Source: Rhodospirillales bacterium | GTDB lineage: Bacteria > Pseudomonadota > Alphaproteobacteria > Bin95 | Direction of reading: 5' to 3' | Length of the DNA: 64,000 nucleotides | NCBI GenBank assembly: GCA_038143065.1 | Contig: JAYQLI010000035.1 | Span: forward strand, 2,656,894 to 2,720,893 | In this document: positions 16,448 through 28,457 of the stretch, piece by piece | How the letters are laid out: each line of letters opens with the position of its first letter | Position numbering within the stretch: position 1 is the first letter of the stretch | Position numbers and translations under genes: made by a program | Notes under the pieces: generated by a model | Databases searched by the model: none | Seen by the model: the letters and a program-made list of their open reading frames with translations, nothing else | Told to the model about the DNA's origin: nothing

Positions 16448-17188
16448 ATGTCTCAACGTACCGGTCTAATTGGCCGAAAACTTGGAATGACACGATTATT
16501 CGGTGAAGGTGGGGCTCATGTTCCAGTCACCGTAATCGATGTATCCGGCAATGTTGTTGGGGCGCAGCGGCAAGCGGAGTAGGATGGCTATACCGCCCTT
16601 CAGCTTGGATTTGGTGCCGCAAAGCCAAAGAATGTAAGCCAACCTGAGCGAGGGCATTTTGCAAAGGCATCAGTGGAGCCTAGGCAGCGTCTCAAAGAGT
16701 TCCGTGTGTCAGACGATGCGGTAGTTGACGTCGGGGCCGAATTGACTGCTGGCCATTTCGTTGAGGGCCAATTAGTTGATGTTACCGGCACCACGATCGG
16801 TAAGGGTTTTGCTGGTGCCATGAAGCGTCATGGTTTTGGTGGTCTCCGCGCTAGCCATGGTGTTTCAATTTCTCACCGCTCGCACGGTTCAACCGGTAAC
16901 AGTCAAGATCCCGGCAAGGTCTGGAAGGGCAAAAAGATGGCGGGGCAGATGGGTGCAAAGCAGCGCACTGCTCAGCACCTCCAGGTTGTCCGCGTTGATA
17001 GTGAGCGCGGATTGGTCCTCCTTAAAGGTGCGATACCAGGCTCTGAAGGGGGTATTGTCTACCTGCGAGATTCTGTTCGTCGTCCTCTCCCAGAGGGAGC
17101 ACCGCTCCCTGCGGGTATGAAAAGCGATGCAGTTGCGGTTGCCGCCGATGCCCCTGAAGACACCCCAGCAGAAGTTGGGGAGGAGTAA
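16448..17188 (+). CDS. rplC: 50S ribosomal protein L3 (in-frame TAG at 16580-16582, likely error)
   Basis: [25 protein letters not shown] is in frame with ORF 16673-17188 ([22 protein letters not shown]). Confidence 0.95.
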
Positions 17189-17191
17189 CCG

Positions 17192-17812
17192 ATGAAGCTC
17201 CAAGTTAAGACTCTATCCAACGCTGATGCCGGCGAAATCGACGTCGCTGATGAAGTGTTCGGTATCGCTCCTCGAGCGGACATACTTGCTCGCGTCGTCC
17301 GCTGGCAGCTAGCTAGGCGCCAGGCAGGAACGCACAAAACGAAAGAACGCGGTGAAATTGCCCGGACGAAGTCAAAGATTTACCGTCAAAAGGGTACTGG
17401 CCGTGCACGGCACGGGAGCGCAAACGCTAACATCTTCCGTGGTGGTGGTGTGTCACACGGCCCGCGGGTACGTAGCCACGCGCACAACCTGCCGAAGAAG
17501 GTCAGACGGTTAGGGATGCGTTCAGCGCTTTCTGCAAAGCAGGCTGAAGGTAAGATGTTAATCGATGACTCGCTTACTCTGGATGAAACGAAAACTAAGG
17601 TCCTGCAACAAAACCTTGGCGTATTTGGGGCTCGATCCTACCTCCTGGTAGGTGGGAGCGAAGTCGACGCTGGGATCATCCGAGCTGCTCGTAACTTGGA
17701 CGGGGTGGATGTCCTCCCGCAACAAGGCGCGAATGTATACGATATTTTGCGGCGTGAAATGCTCATCATGTGTCGAGATGCCGTTGAACACTTGGAGGCC
17801 CGTTTGAAATGA
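17192..17812 (+). CDS. rplD: 50S ribosomal protein L4
   Basis: [17 protein letters not shown]. Confidence 0.98.
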   Translation: MKLQVKTLSNADAGEIDVADEVFGIAPRADILARVVRWQLARRQAGTHKTKERGEIARTKSKIYRQKGTGRARHGSANANIFRGGGVSHGPRVRSHAHNLPKKVRRLGMRSALSAKQAEGKMLIDDSLTLDETKTKVLQQNLGVFGARSYLLVGGSEVDAGIIRAARNLDGVDVLPQQGANVYDILRREMLIMCRDAVEHLEARLK

Positions 17813-18141
17813 GCCGAGCTCGTACCATCCGGGGCCCGGCCCCCAGGATCACACCTAATCAGATGGCTGATGTGCTTAGGGCACCGGTTATCAGCGAAAA
17901 GTCTACGCTGATTGCGGAACACAATCAGGTTACTTTCCGTGTTGCAATCGACGCGGATAAGTCGCAAATCAAACAGGCTGTCGAGGGTCTGTTTGGCGTG
18001 ACAGTGTTGAAAGTTAATACCATTCGCCAAAAGGGAAAAGTTAAGCGTTTTCGTGGAATGCTTGGTCAGCGTAGCGACACGAAAAAGGCAATAGTGACTT
18101 TGGCAGATGGCGACTCTATCGATCTCGCGGCCGGGCTCTAG
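17809..18141 (+). CDS. rplW: 50S ribosomal protein L23
   Basis: PVISEKS, KKAIVTL; synteny. Confidence 0.96.
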   Translation: MSRARTIRGPAPRITPNQMADVLRAPVISEKSTLIAEHNQVTFRVAIDADKSQIKQAVEGLFGVTVLKVNTIRQKGKVKRFRGMLGQRSDTKKAIVTLADGDSIDLAAGL

Positions 18142-18163
18142 GTCGGGCGAGGAGTAAGGAACT

Positions 18164-18993
18164 ATGGCGTTAAAGCAATATAAACCAACCTCCGCAGGTC
18201 GTCGCGGTTTAGTCCTTGTAGACAGGTCTCAGCTCTGGAAGGGGCGTCCTGTTAAGGAACTTACCGAAGGTTTGCAAAAAACGGGTGGCCGCAATAATCA
18301 CGGCCACATTACCTCACGGCATCGTGGTGGTGGCCATAAGCGCCGCTACAGGTTTATTGATTTTAAACGCATCAAGGACGGTGTATCAGCTGTTGTAGAG
18401 CGCCTCGAATATGATCCCAACCGGACTGCATTTATCGCCCTACTTAAGTACGACGACGGCGAGTTGGCTTATATCCTCGCCCCTCAGCGGCTAAATGTGG
18501 GCGATGTAGTTATGTCCGGGCAGGATGCAGACATTAAGCCTGGTCACGCAATGAAGCTGCGTTACATCCCAGTGGGTACAATTGTGCATAATGTCGAGTT
18601 AAAGCCTGGCAAAGGCGGACAAATGGCCCGTTCGGCTGGAGCATATGTTCAGCTAGTTGGGCGCGATGCGGGGCAGGCTCTGCTTAGATTGCCCTCGGGT
18701 GAAGTTCGGATGGTTAGCCAGGAATGTATCGCTACAGTTGGAGCCGTTTCAAACCAAGATAATTCCAACCAAACCTTCGCAAAGGCCGGTCGGAATCGTT
18801 GGAGAGGCAAGCGCCCCCATGTGCGCGGCGTGGTGATGAACCCAGTTGATCACCCTCATGGTGGTGGCGAAGGCCGCACATCTGGTGGACGCCACCCTGT
18901 CACTCCCGGGGCAAGCCCACCAAAGGTCATAGAACACGTAAGAAGAAGCCGTCTGACTCACAAATTGTGCGTCGCCGGTACGGAAAGGGTTAA
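18164..18993 (+). CDS. rplB: 50S ribosomal protein L2 (frameshift near 18905-18911)
   Basis: [21 protein letters not shown]; a missing T in TPWG shifts the frame, true end GKPTKG..RRRYGKG* at 18993. Confidence 0.95.
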
Positions 18994-18996
18994 ACA

Positions 18997-19275
18997 ATGG
19001 CACGTTCCGTTTGGAAGGGCCCTTTTGTTGATGGTTATCTGCTTAAAAAAGCTGATGCTGTTCGCGAAAGTGGACGTAACGACGTGATCCGTACTTGGTC
19101 GCGGAGATCGACAATATTACCGCAATTTGTTGGGCTTACATTTGCAGTCCACAACGGTCAAAAGTTCATCCCGGTTTCGGTAAACGAAAACATGGTTGGC
19201 CATAAGTTTGGGGAGTTTTCACCAACCCGGACTTATTACGGACATGCTGCTGATAAAAAGGCGAGAAGAGGCTAA
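18997..19275 (+). CDS. rpsS: 30S ribosomal protein S19
   Basis: [23 protein letters not shown]. Confidence 0.98.
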   Translation: MARSVWKGPFVDGYLLKKADAVRESGRNDVIRTWSRRSTILPQFVGLTFAVHNGQKFIPVSVNENMVGHKFGEFSPTRTYYGHAADKKARRG

Positions 19276-19664
19276 TGAGTAAAAAGCCAAATGCTCCACG
19301 CGTAGCTGAAAACGAAGCTCGTGCTTTTGTTAAGCACCTGCGTGTGAGCCCTCGGAAGTTAAATCTCGTGGCTCAAATGATTCGCGGCATGGCAGCAGAA
19401 GACGCTCTGGTTGCGCTTAGCTTCTCTCGCAAGCGCATATCAAATGATGTGAAGAAGGCCCTATCTAGCGCAATCGCTAATGCCGAAAACAACCACCAAC
19501 TTGATGTCGACCGGCTGATTGTGGCGGAAGCCTCTGTGGGCAAGCAGATGATGATCAAGCGCATCAGGGCACGTGCCCGCGGCCGCGCTGCGCGGGTGGA
19601 GAAGCCCTTCAGCAATTTAACCATTGTTGTGCGGGAAGTTGAAGAAGTCGAGGAGGCCGCGTAA
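19275..19664 (+). CDS. rplV: 50S ribosomal protein L22
   Basis: [19 protein letters not shown]. Confidence 0.98.
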   Translation: MSKKPNAPRVAENEARAFVKHLRVSPRKLNLVAQMIRGMAAEDALVALSFSRKRISNDVKKALSSAIANAENNHQLDVDRLIVAEASVGKQMMIKRIRARARGRAARVEKPFSNLTIVVREVEEVEEAA

Positions 19665-20371
19665 TGGGGCATAAAGTTAATCCAGTTGGTCTCCGCGTCG
19701 GCGTCAATAGGACCTGGGAGTCACGTTGGTACGCAGGAAAAGAATTCGGCAACACACTGCACGATGACCTAGCTATTCGTGAGTATGTGCACAGTCGACT
19801 AGCACAAGCCGGGATTTCGCGTATCCTGATTGAGCGTCCAGCAAAAAAACCAAGGGTAACGATCTATTCTGCCCGCCCTGGAGTAGTAATTGGTCGTAAA
19901 GGCGCGGATATTGATAAGCTCCGCCTCGACTTGAACAAAATTACCAACTCGGACGTTTCTCTCAATATCGTTGAAGTGCGTAAGCCTGAAATTGATGCTC
20001 AGCTGGTTTCCGAAAACGTTGCGCAACAGTTAGAGCGCAGGGTCTCTTTCCGGCGTGCTATGAAAAGGGCAGTGCAATCTTCGATGCGCCTTGGGGCTTT
20101 GGGTATTCGCTTGAACGTCGCTGGGCGCTTAGGTGGTGCCGAAATAGCGCGTACCGAGTGGTATCGCGAAGGGCGGGTCCCACTGCATACCCTCCGCGCC
20201 GATATCGACTATGGTTTTTCCGAGGCTAAAACCACTTACGGTATTTGTGGTGTGAAGTGTTGGATCTTCAAAGGTGAAGTGCTCGGGCATGACCCAATGG
20301 CACGTGATAAACGACTGGCAGAACAGCAGCCCTCTTCGGGTAACAGCCGTTCCGGTCAGCAAGACCGTTAA
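19664..20371 (+). CDS. rpsC: 30S ribosomal protein S3
   Basis: [25 protein letters not shown]. Confidence 0.99.
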   Translation: MGHKVNPVGLRVGVNRTWESRWYAGKEFGNTLHDDLAIREYVHSRLAQAGISRILIERPAKKPRVTIYSARPGVVIGRKGADIDKLRLDLNKITNSDVSLNIVEVRKPEIDAQLVSENVAQQLERRVSFRRAMKRAVQSSMRLGALGIRLNVAGRLGGAEIARTEWYREGRVPLHTLRADIDYGFSEAKTTYGICGVKCWIFKGEVLGHDPMARDKRLAEQQPSSGNSRSGQQDR

Positions 20372-20389
20372 GTTCGGAGAAGTACGCTA

Positions 20390-20809
20390 ATGCTAAGTCC
20401 AAAACGTACTAAATACCGGAAAGCCCATAAGGGTCGCATCCACGGTAATGCTAAGGGTGGAACTGATCTCAATTTCGGGTCTGTGGGCTTGAAGGCCATG
20501 CAACCAGGGCGGATTACTGCCCGTCAAATTGAGGCAGCTCGTCGTGCTATGACGCGGCACATTCGCAGGCAGGGCAAGGTATGGATAAGAATTTTTCCGG
20601 ATGTGCCGGTGTCTACCAAGCCAGCGGAAGTTCGCATGGGTAAGGGCAAGGGTTCTCCAGAGTACTGGATGTGCCGTGTTAAGCCGGGACGTATTATGTT
20701 TGAGATGGAAGGTGTTCCTTCGGACATAGCCCGGGTGGCGTTTGAGCTTGCGGCTGCAAAGCTTCCCATCTCAACGCGTGTGGTTACGCGGCTTGGTCAA
20801 GAAGGTTAA
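20390..20809 (+). CDS. rplP: 50S ribosomal protein L16
   Basis: [17 protein letters not shown]. Confidence 0.99.
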   Translation: MLSPKRTKYRKAHKGRIHGNAKGGTDLNFGSVGLKAMQPGRITARQIEAARRAMTRHIRRQGKVWIRIFPDVPVSTKPAEVRMGKGKGSPEYWMCRVKPGRIMFEMEGVPSDIARVAFELAAAKLPISTRVVTRLGQEG

Positions 20810-20813
20810 GTAG

Positions 20814-21011
20814 ATGAAAGCAATAGACACCCGCGCGAAGTCTGGTGACGAACTCAAGGAAAGTTTGGCTAACCTGAAAAAGGAAGCGCTTAACCTGCGC
20901 TTTCAACAGGCTTCAGGTCAGTTGGATAATACAGCACGTCGCAAAATGGTGCGTCGTGATATCGCTCGAATTCTTACGGTGCTCGAAGAGCGTCGTAGGT
21001 CACAGGGCTAG
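20814..21011 (+). CDS. rpmC: 50S ribosomal protein L29
   Basis: [20 protein letters not shown]. Confidence 0.97.
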   Translation: MKAIDTRAKSGDELKESLANLKKEALNLRFQQASGQLDNTARRKMVRRDIARILTVLEERRRSQG

Positions 21012-21025
21012 GAGGCAAGGGCAAG

Positions 21026-21274
21026 ATGCCGAAGCGTATTTTGAAAGGCGTTGTGGTCAGCGATAAAATGGATAAATCCATCGTGGTTCGCGTTGAACGT
21101 CGTGTTCGTCACAAGGCCTACGGTAAGTTCATTACCCGGTCCAAGAAATTTATGGCACACGATGAAACTAATGAATTTAAGACAGGTGACCAGGTCGAAA
21201 TAATCGAAAGCCGCCCACTCTCTGCGCGGAAGCGCTGGTCTGCTGTAAGTCAGCAGGCGCCTGCAGGAGAGTGA
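21026..21274 (+). CDS. rpsQ: 30S ribosomal protein S17
   Basis: [22 protein letters not shown]. Confidence 0.98.
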   Translation: MPKRILKGVVVSDKMDKSIVVRVERRVRHKAYGKFITRSKKFMAHDETNEFKTGDQVEIIESRPLSARKRWSAVSQQAPAGE

Positions 21275-21277
21275 TAA

Positions 21278-21646
21278 ATGATCCAAGTTGAATCCAATTT
21301 AGACGTGGCCGATAACTCTGGCGCCAAGCGTGTTCAATGCATACGAGTGCTAGGTGGCACCGGGCGCCGGTATGCGAGTGTCGGTGATATCATTATCGTT
21401 TCAGTGAAAGACGCAATTCCCCGCGGTCGCGTGAAAAAGGGTGAAGTGCACAGGGCAGTTGTTGTGCGTACAGCCAAAGAGGTCCGCAGGGAAGATGGCA
21501 CTTCAATCCGTTTTGATAGAAATGCTGCAGTTCTGATCAACAATTCACAAGAGCCGATTGGGACTCGTATTTTTGGGCCGGTTGTTCGCGAATTGCGCGC
21601 ACGTCGTTTCATGAAAATCATCTCACTCGCTCCTGAAGTGCTATAG
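21278..21646 (+). CDS. rplN: 50S ribosomal protein L14
   Basis: [21 protein letters not shown]. Confidence 0.99.
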   Translation: MIQVESNLDVADNSGAKRVQCIRVLGGTGRRYASVGDIIIVSVKDAIPRGRVKKGEVHRAVVVRTAKEVRREDGTSIRFDRNAAVLINNSQEPIGTRIFGPVVRELRARRFMKIISLAPEVL

Positions 21647-21659
21647 GAGGTCGGTTCTG

Positions 21660-21974
21660 ATGCAGCGCATTCGTAAAGGCGACCAAGTCGCAGTTCTAGC
21701 GGGTCGAGACAAAGGTAAGCGTGGCGAAGTTCTACGTGTTATCCCGGCTGATAGCCGCGTGGTGGTTCAGGGCGTGAATGTCGTAAAACGGCATCGTAAG
21801 CCCACCCAGATGTCCGCAGGCGGGATTGAAGAGATTGAGGCGCCAATCCATGTATCAAATGTGGCGCACATTGACCCAGATTCTGACAAACCCACTCGTG
21901 TCGGTTTTAAGACTTTGGAAGACGGCAAGAAAGTCCGTTTCTCCAAGCGTTCCGGCGATGTTCTTGATCGGTAG
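21660..21974 (+). CDS. rplX: 50S ribosomal protein L24
   Basis: KOW motif [16 protein letters not shown]; EAPIHVSNV. Confidence 0.98.
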   Translation: MQRIRKGDQVAVLAGRDKGKRGEVLRVIPADSRVVVQGVNVVKRHRKPTQMSAGGIEEIEAPIHVSNVAHIDPDSDKPTRVGFKTLEDGKKVRFSKRSGDVLDR

Positions 21975-21980
21975 GCAACA

Positions 21981-22520
21981 ATGGCGAGATTAAAAAGTCA
22001 TTACTTAGACGTTGTGCGTCCGGCATTGCTGGAAAAGTTCCAGTATCCAAACGCTATGCAGGCGCCGAAGTTGGACAAGGTAGTTATCAATATAGGTGTT
22101 GGAGAGGCTGTATCTGATTCTAAGAAAATCGATGCAGCAGTTCAGGACCTCACTCTGATCTCCGGCCAAAAACCAGTGATCACGAAAGCAAAGAAGTCTA
22201 TTGCGACGTTCAAACTTCGTGAAGGTATGGCCGTTGGTTGTAAAGTAACATTAAGGCGTGATCGGATGTTCGAATTCGTTGACCGTCTTGTTAATATTGC
22301 TCTTCCACGTGTGCGAGATTTCCGCGGCCTGAACGGTAAGGCGTTCGATGGGCGTGGCAATTACTCTATGGGCTTAAAAGAGCAGCTCGTATTCCCGGAA
22401 ATCGAATATGACAAGATTGATGAAATCCGGGGCATGGACATCATCATCTGCACGACGGCGAATACCGATGAGGAAGCTAAAGAACTCCTCCGCGGTTTTA
22501 ACTTCCCGTTCGTCAACTGA
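21981..22520 (+). CDS. rplE: 50S ribosomal protein L5
   Basis: [28 protein letters not shown]. Confidence 0.99.
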   Translation: MARLKSHYLDVVRPALLEKFQYPNAMQAPKLDKVVINIGVGEAVSDSKKIDAAVQDLTLISGQKPVITKAKKSIATFKLREGMAVGCKVTLRRDRMFEFVDRLVNIALPRVRDFRGLNGKAFDGRGNYSMGLKEQLVFPEIEYDKIDEIRGMDIIICTTANTDEEAKELLRGFNFPFVN

Positions 22521-22532
22521 GGAGATTGGGCC

Positions 22533-22838
22533 ATGGCAAAAATTGGCACGATTGAAACCAATGAGCGTCGCCGAAAGCTGACAGATCGTTATGCTGCAAA
22601 GCGTGCAGAGCTCAAGGCGATTGTGAACGATAAGACACTTCCTGCTGAAGAGCGGTTTGTTGCTACCCTCGCGTTAGCTGAATTGCCCCGCAATTCTTCA
22701 AAGACGCGCGTGCGCAACCGGTGTCGTGTAACGGGACGTCCACGCGGATATTACCGCAAGTTCCAAATTTCCCGCATCGCACTTAGGGATCTGGCCTCTG
22801 CGGCAATGATCCCTGGCGTTGTTAAGTCTAGTTGGTGA
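22533..22838 (+). CDS. rpsN: 30S ribosomal protein S14 (long, zinc-independent form)
   Basis: [20 protein letters not shown]; 101 aa with a single Cys. Confidence 0.98.
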   Translation: MAKIGTIETNERRRKLTDRYAAKRAELKAIVNDKTLPAEERFVATLALAELPRNSSKTRVRNRCRVTGRPRGYYRKFQISRIALRDLASAAMIPGVVKSSW

Positions 22839-22848
22839 GGGCCCACTA

Positions 22849-23247
22849 ATGTCGATGAGCGATCCTCTTGGGGATATGTTAACCCGCATTCGTAATGGGC
22901 AGCGCGCAGGACATGCTACGGTATCGTCTCCTGCATCAAAGCTCAGAGCTAATGTTTTAGACGTTCTGAAGCGCGAAGGCTATATCCGCGATTACTCCCT
23001 CAAGGGTAATGATGGCGGCCAAGGCGAAATCGCGATCGAGCTAAAATACTATGAGGGCGAGGCTGTAATCCGCACAATTCAGCGTGTTTCTAAGCCTGGA
23101 CGCCGAGTTTACTCCAAAATTGGTGATTTAAAGCCAGTGCGTAATGGCTTAGGTATCGCCATTCTATCGACCCCGTCGGGTGTCCTATCGGATCACGAAG
23201 CGCGCCAACGAAATGTTGGCGGCGAAGTGCTCTGCCAGGTCTTCTAG
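22849..23247 (+). CDS. rpsH: 30S ribosomal protein S8
   Basis: [26 protein letters not shown]. Confidence 0.98.
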   Translation: MSMSDPLGDMLTRIRNGQRAGHATVSSPASKLRANVLDVLKREGYIRDYSLKGNDGGQGEIAIELKYYEGEAVIRTIQRVSKPGRRVYSKIGDLKPVRNGLGIAILSTPSGVLSDHEARQRNVGGEVLCQVF

Positions 23248-23272
23248 AGCTGACGGAAAGAGGAACAGTCAT

Positions 23273-23806
23273 ATGTCGCGAGTGGGCAAAAACCCAATTG
23301 AAATACCCTCTGGGACGACTGTAAAAGTCGAGGGGCAGACCATTACAGCCAAAGGTAAGCTTGGCGAACGCCATCTTGAACTAGTCGAAACTATTGGTGC
23401 AGAGGTGGACGGTAGTCAGCTTCACGTGAATCCAAAGGAAAATCCAGATAGGCACAGAATGATGTGGGGCACCATGCGTAGTCTTGCACAGGGTCTTGTG
23501 ACCGGCGTATCCGAAGGGTTTACTCGTAATCTCGAAATCAACGGCGTTGGTTATCGAGCACAGGTTGAGGGTAAGAACCTCAAGCTACAGCTAGGGTTTA
23601 GCCATGATGTCGTTTATCCCATTCCAGACGGGATTGACATTAAGTGCGAGCGGCCAACCGCGATAGCAATCTCTGGTGCAGATAAGCAGCGAGTTGGACA
23701 GATCGCTTCCGAAATTCGTTCCTTCCGTCCTCCTGAGCCTTACAAAGGTAAGGGTGTGAAGTACGCCGAGGAATTCATCTTCCGTAAGGAAGGCAAGAAG
23801 AAGTAA
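23273..23806 (+). CDS. rplF: 50S ribosomal protein L6
   Basis: [22 protein letters not shown]; AGAGGA SD before ATG 23273. Confidence 0.98.
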   Translation: MSRVGKNPIEIPSGTTVKVEGQTITAKGKLGERHLELVETIGAEVDGSQLHVNPKENPDRHRMMWGTMRSLAQGLVTGVSEGFTRNLEINGVGYRAQVEGKNLKLQLGFSHDVVYPIPDGIDIKCERPTAIAISGADKQRVGQIASEIRSFRPPEPYKGKGVKYAEEFIFRKEGKKK

Positions 23807-23822
23807 CAGGAACCCAAGGGCT

Positions 23823-24179
23823 ATGTTTACTACAAAACAGCGTTTTGACCGTAGAGTTCGGCGCACCCGATCGGCGCTCCGGAAAAAGTCACGTGGACGT
23901 CTTAGACTGTCTGTGTTTCGCTCCGGGCGTCATATCTATGCTCAAGTAATCGACGATACAAAAGGTGCAACTTTGGCTGCTGCTTCGACGGTTGAAAAAG
24001 ATCTTCGTGCGAAAAGTGGTGCCGGCGTAGAAGCGGCCTCGGAAATAGGTCGCCTGGTGGCAGAGAGAGCAAAGGCAGCCGGTGTCGATGAGGTGGTGTT
24101 CGACAGGGGCGCCTATAAATTTCATGGTCGCGTTAAAGCGCTGGCCGAAGCCGCCCGCGAAGGCGGGCTGAAGTTCTAG
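23823..24179 (+). CDS. rplR: 50S ribosomal protein L18
   Basis: [29 protein letters not shown]. Confidence 0.98.
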   Translation: MFTTKQRFDRRVRRTRSALRKKSRGRLRLSVFRSGRHIYAQVIDDTKGATLAAASTVEKDLRAKSGAGVEAASEIGRLVAERAKAAGVDEVVFDRGAYKFHGRVKALAEAAREGGLKF

Positions 24180-24193
24180 GGTAGGGCAGCATT

Positions 24194-24766
24194 ATGGCAA
24201 GAGGACCAAGGGGCGAACGCGCTCGAGATCGCGAAGAGTCGGACATCATCGAAAAGTTGGTGTCAATCAACCGCGTTGCTAAGGTTGTTAAGGGTGGCCG
24301 TAGGTTCGGCTTTTCTGCCCTTGTGGTGACAGGAGATGGAGCTGGGCGAGTTGGGTTTGGTTCCGGGAAGGCGAAAGAAGTGCCGGAGGCAATTCGCAAG
24401 GCTACCGAGCAGGCCAAGCGGAAAATGGTCCGCGTTGCGCTGCGCGAGGGGCGCACACTGCATCATGACGCCACCGGTGAGTATGGCGCAGGTAAAGTGG
24501 TCGTTCGCGCTGCTCCTCCAGGCACCGGTGTTATTGCTGGTGGACCAACACGTGCCGTTTTTGAGGCACTCGGGGTGCAGGACGTTGTGGCCAAATCTAT
24601 TGGTTCCTCCAATCCTTACAACATGGTGAAAGCCGCGTTCGAGGCACTTGTAAAGACCCAGTCGCCTCGTCAGGTGGCGGCAAGAAGGGGGCTTAAAGTG
24701 CCTGAAGTTCTTGGCCGTCGAGGGTCAAAAGCTGACGCCGCGGACGCCGCGTCTTCTGCGGAGTGA
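24194..24766 (+). CDS. rpsE: 30S ribosomal protein S5
   Basis: [24 protein letters not shown]. Confidence 0.98.
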   Translation: MARGPRGERARDREESDIIEKLVSINRVAKVVKGGRRFGFSALVVTGDGAGRVGFGSGKAKEVPEAIRKATEQAKRKMVRVALREGRTLHHDATGEYGAGKVVVRAAPPGTGVIAGGPTRAVFEALGVQDVVAKSIGSSNPYNMVKAAFEALVKTQSPRQVAARRGLKVPEVLGRRGSKADAADAASSAE

Positions 24767-24772
24767 TAAGGT

Positions 24773-24967
24773 ATGGCTAGCAAGAAAAAAAATACATTGC
24801 GCGTTCGGCAAACTGGAAGCCCTATCCGGCGTGTCGAAAGTCAACGTTCCACACTGCGTGGGCTAGGCCTAAATAAGATCGGCCGCATTCGCGAGTTGGA
24901 GGATACTCCATCAGTTCGTGGTATGATTCGCAAAGTTTCACACATGGTTGAGATCGTAGAAGGTTAG
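24773..24967 (+). CDS. rpmD: 50S ribosomal protein L30
   Basis: [24 protein letters not shown]. Confidence 0.97.
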   Translation: MASKKKNTLRVRQTGSPIRRVESQRSTLRGLGLNKIGRIRELEDTPSVRGMIRKVSHMVEIVEG

Positions 24968-25041
24968 TAGTTCGCCTTACTTGCAGCGTTGCAGGGGGAA
25001 TGCAAGCCCCTGCGAAAGTAAATTGGAAGAGGAATGGCCTT

Positions 25042-25522
25042 ATGAGGCTTGAAGATATTCGTGACAATCCTGGTGCCTCGAAACCCAAAAAGCGTGTTGG
25101 TAGAGGTATAGGCTCGGGTGTCGGTAAGACCTCTGGCCGCGGTGTTAAAGGTCAGAAGTCTAGGCGTGGCGTTGCCATTAAAGGATTTGAGGGTGGCCAA
25201 ATGCCTGTTTATCGGCGTTTGCCAAAGCGGGGTTTTACCTCACCAAACAAAGTAGTCTACCAGATAGTGAATTTGACTGCGTTGGAGCGTGCCGTAGAGG
25301 CTGGTAAGCTCAAGGCAGGACAGTCGGTGGATCGCGAGGCTTTAGTGGCAGCTGGTCTAGTACGTGCCAATGGAACACCAGTTCGAATTCTTGGTAAGGG
25401 AGCCATAAAGGCATCTCTGAATCTTAATGTTCATAGTGCTTCTTCGGCTGCAAAGGTCTGCTGTTGAGGCTGCAGGTGGAACTATCGTCGTTGCTGTTGC
25501 AACAGAAGAGGCAAACTCCTAA
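25042..25522 (+). CDS. rplO: 50S ribosomal protein L15 (frameshift near 25452-25456)
   Basis: [24 protein letters not shown]; removing one base gives KSAVEAAGG..* overlapping the secY ATG. Confidence 0.95.
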
Positions 25523-26871
25523 TGGCTTCAGCAGCCGAAAGGTTGGCCGCCAACGTCAATTTTTCGGCGTTTGGTAAAGCCACAGAGCTTAAACAGCGAA
25601 TATGGTTTACTCTTGGGGCTCTGATTGTCTACCGCCTTGGAACCTACTTACCTATTCCGGGCGTTGATTCAGCTGTTCTTGCTGAGGTGTTCAATGCGGC
25701 AGGTGGAGCAGGCGTGCTCGGCATGTTTGACATGTTTGCCGGTGGTGCTCTTGGCCGTATGTCAATATTTGCTCTCAACATCATGCCGTACATCTCGGCT
25801 TCAATTATCGTACAACTACTGACTGCAGTTTTACCTTCCTTCGAGCAGATGAAGAAGGACGGAGAGGCCGGTCGAAAGAAGCTGAACCAATATACGAGGT
25901 ACGGGACCGTAGCTCTGGCAGCGGCGCAGGCAATTGGGCTTGCTAGTGGTGTGTCGAGCTTCAGCGGGCCTAATGGCCCTGCAGTAGCTGATCCAGGGGC
26001 TATTTTTTATATTTCCACGGTGGTTACCATTGTTGGTGGCACGATGTTTTTAATGTGGCTTGGTGAGCAAGTGACAGCCCGTGGGGTAGGCAACGGAATT
26101 TCGCTTATTATCTTTGCAGGTATCGTAGCAAATTTGCCTCAGGCACTCGCACAGGTCTTTGAGTTAAGCAGAACCGGCGCGATGTCTGCAGCTTTCCTTA
26201 TCCTTTTATTGGCTTTGGCCATTGGGGTGATTGTGTTTGTTGTATTTGTTGAGCGGGCCCAACGGCGCTTAATCGTTCAATACCCGAAAAGGCAAGCGGG
26301 AAATGGTATGGTCGGTGGTGAAAGTAGTCATCTACCCCTAAAGCTGAATACAGCTGGCGTTATCCCACCAATTTTTGCGAGCTCCCTACTATTGCTCCCT
26401 GCTACTTTTCAGAGCCTAGGAGCGAACGAAAATCTTCCAGATTGGCTTCAGTTTGTTCTCGCATACATGGCTCCTGGTCAGCCAATTTACCTGCTGCTGT
26501 ATCTTTCCATGATTGTTTTCTTCTGTTTTTTCTACACATCAATTGTATTCAATCCCGAGGAAACAGCCGATAATTTACGGAAGAATGGTGGGTTTATCCC
26601 GGGGATCCGTCCGGGTAAAAACACTGCTCTGCACCTCGAGTATGTGCTAGAAAGATTGACGGTAGCTGGTGCTGCGTACTTGGCCTTGGTTTGTCTGCTG
26701 CCTGAAATCCTTCGCTCTCAATATGCGGTGCCGTTTTATTTTGGTGGAACAAGTTTATTGATCGTTGTGAGCGTAACGATGGATACGGTGGCGCAAGTCC
26801 AAAGCCATCTTATTGCCCATCAATATGAAGGCCTTATAAAGCGGCAGAAATTGCGGGGCCGGCGCCGATGA
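25522..26871 (+). CDS. secY: Preprotein translocase subunit SecY
   Basis: SIFALNIMPYISASIIVQLL, GFIPGIRPG, GGTSLLIVV. Confidence 0.99.
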   Translation: MASAAERLAANVNFSAFGKATELKQRIWFTLGALIVYRLGTYLPIPGVDSAVLAEVFNAAGGAGVLGMFDMFAGGALGRMSIFALNIMPYISASIIVQLLTAVLPSFEQMKKDGEAGRKKLNQYTRYGTVALAAAQAIGLASGVSSFSGPNGPAVADPGAIFYISTVVTIVGGTMFLMWLGEQVTARGVGNGISLIIFAGIVANLPQALAQVFELSRTGAMSAAFLILLLALAIGVIVFVVFVERAQRRLIVQYPKRQAGNGMVGGESSHLPLKLNTAGVIPPIFASSLLLLPATFQSLGANENLPDWLQFVLAYMAPGQPIYLLLYLSMIVFFCFFYTSIVFNPEETADNLRKNGGFIPGIRPGKNTALHLEYVLERLTVAGAAYLALVCLLPEILRSQYAVPFYFGGTSLLIVVSVTMDTVAQVQSHLIAHQYEGLIKRQKLRGRRR

Positions 26872-27440
26872 ACATTATTCTTTTGGGCCCTCCAGGCGCG
26901 GGTAAGGGGACCCAGTCTGATTTATTAGTAAATGGACGGGGTCTGGTTCAGCTATCTACCGGAGATATGCTACGGGCGGCTGTGGCAGCCAAATCTGAGG
27001 TGGGCATTCGCGCACAGGCTATCATGGATCGTGGGGATCTAGTTTCTGATGATGTCGTAATCGATATTATCTCTGACCGCCTTGATGATGATGACACCAA
27101 AGCGGGTGTGATTTTTGATGGATTTCCTCGCACTGTTGCGCAAGCGGAGGCTCTAGACAAACTGCTTTCAAGTAAAGGTTTAAGCCTTGATGCAGTTATC
27201 GAGCTTTCAGTCGACGAAGACGCGTTGGTGTCTCGTATCGTAAATCGTGCAGGCGAATCGAGTGATGCAAGAGCAGATGATAACGTAGAAATTCTGCGTA
27301 ATCGGCTAGTTGTGTACAAGGAGCAGACGGCTCCAATCATCCCATATTACCGAGAGAAGGGTGCTTTAAAAACCGTAGACGGGATGGGAAGTGTTGAGGT
27401 CGTGGCCTCTGCTATTGCTTCCATCTTAGATGCGGCATAA
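26868..27440 (+). CDS. adk: Adenylate kinase (short form, no large LID domain)
   Basis: GPPGAGKGTQ P-loop, STGDMLR, DGFPRT, RADD. Confidence 0.97.
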   Translation: MNIILLGPPGAGKGTQSDLLVNGRGLVQLSTGDMLRAAVAAKSEVGIRAQAIMDRGDLVSDDVVIDIISDRLDDDDTKAGVIFDGFPRTVAQAEALDKLLSSKGLSLDAVIELSVDEDALVSRIVNRAGESSDARADDNVEILRNRLVVYKEQTAPIIPYYREKGALKTVDGMGSVEVVASAIASILDAA

Positions 27441-27467
27441 ATGCATCATTCAGATTGGTAGAATGGA

Positions 27468-27495
27468 TTGACGGAACGGGGCGAAGCCCTATAAT
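27468..27495 (+). promoter_or_regulatory. Sigma70-type promoter of rpsM-rpsK-rpoA-rplQ
   Basis: TTGACG-N16-TATAAT followed by GC-rich discriminator CCCGCGC. Confidence 0.75.
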
Positions 27496-27564
27496 CCCGC
27501 GCTTCCTAACAGGGCCTAACAACAGGTTGGGTTCTCGGGAGAGCGGTATCAGGAGGACGGTAAA

Positions 27565-27933
27565 GTGGCGCGAATTGCTGGCGTCAATATCCCAACAAAC
27601 AAGCGCGTTCACATCGCGCTTACGTATATTCATGGGATAGGCCCTAATAAAGCTCGTGAAATTTGCGAGAAGGTCGAGATCGAAGCCCATCGCCGCGTTA
27701 ATGACTTGACGGAACAAGAAGTCATAAACATTCGCGAGACGATTGACCAAGATCATATGGTTGAAGGTGACCTTCGTCGCGAAGTCGCGATGAATATTAA
27801 GAGACTTATGGACCTGGGATGTTATCGTGGTCTGCGCCATCGGCGCAACTTGCCAGTGCGAGGACAGCGGACACACACAAATGCTCGCACTCGCAAGGGT
27901 AAAGCACGAGCAATACCTGGTAAAAAGAAATAA
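27565..27933 (+). CDS. rpsM: 30S ribosomal protein S13
   Basis: [26 protein letters not shown]; GTG start, AGGAGG SD. Confidence 0.99.
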   Translation: MARIAGVNIPTNKRVHIALTYIHGIGPNKAREICEKVEIEAHRRVNDLTEQEVINIRETIDQDHMVEGDLRREVAMNIKRLMDLGCYRGLRHRRNLPVRGQRTHTNARTRKGKARAIPGKKK

Positions 27934-27965
27934 TCCCCTATATTTAGGGTTAGAAGGAGTTACCC

Positions 27966-28361
27966 ATGGCGAAAGGCGCGGCATCGACGCGCGTCCGTAG
28001 GCGCGAACGCAAGAACATTACATCTGGCGTCGCCCACGTGAATGCGTCTTTTAACAATACCATGATCACGATCACCGATGTCCAAGGCAATGCTATTGCG
28101 TGGTCTTCTGCCGGTGCTCAGGGGTTTAAGGGCAGCCGGAAGTCAACTCCTTTTGCGGCGCAGGTCGCAGCAGAAGATTGTGCTCGGAAGGCAATGGAGC
28201 ACGGTGTTAAAAATCTTGACGTAGAGGTCAAGGGACCAGGTTCGGGGCGTGAATCGGCGCTCCGTGCACTTCAGGCCGCTGGCTTCCAGATTGCAGCAAT
28301 CCGAGATGTTTCTCCCATTCCGCATAACGGATGCCGGCCAAGGAAACGTCGCCGGGTTTAA
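27966..28361 (+). CDS. rpsK: 30S ribosomal protein S11
   Basis: [28 protein letters not shown]. Confidence 0.99.
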   Translation: MAKGAASTRVRRRERKNITSGVAHVNASFNNTMITITDVQGNAIAWSSAGAQGFKGSRKSTPFAAQVAAEDCARKAMEHGVKNLDVEVKGPGSGRESALRALQAAGFQIAAIRDVSPIPHNGCRPRKRRRV

Positions 28362-28457
28362 TTTTTGGGGGACGACAAGACAGGTCGTTCTGTATTAATC
28401 GAGTTCCGAAGGTACTCTAGTTTTTAACTTTACAGCCAGTCAGGGGCCAACAATCTC

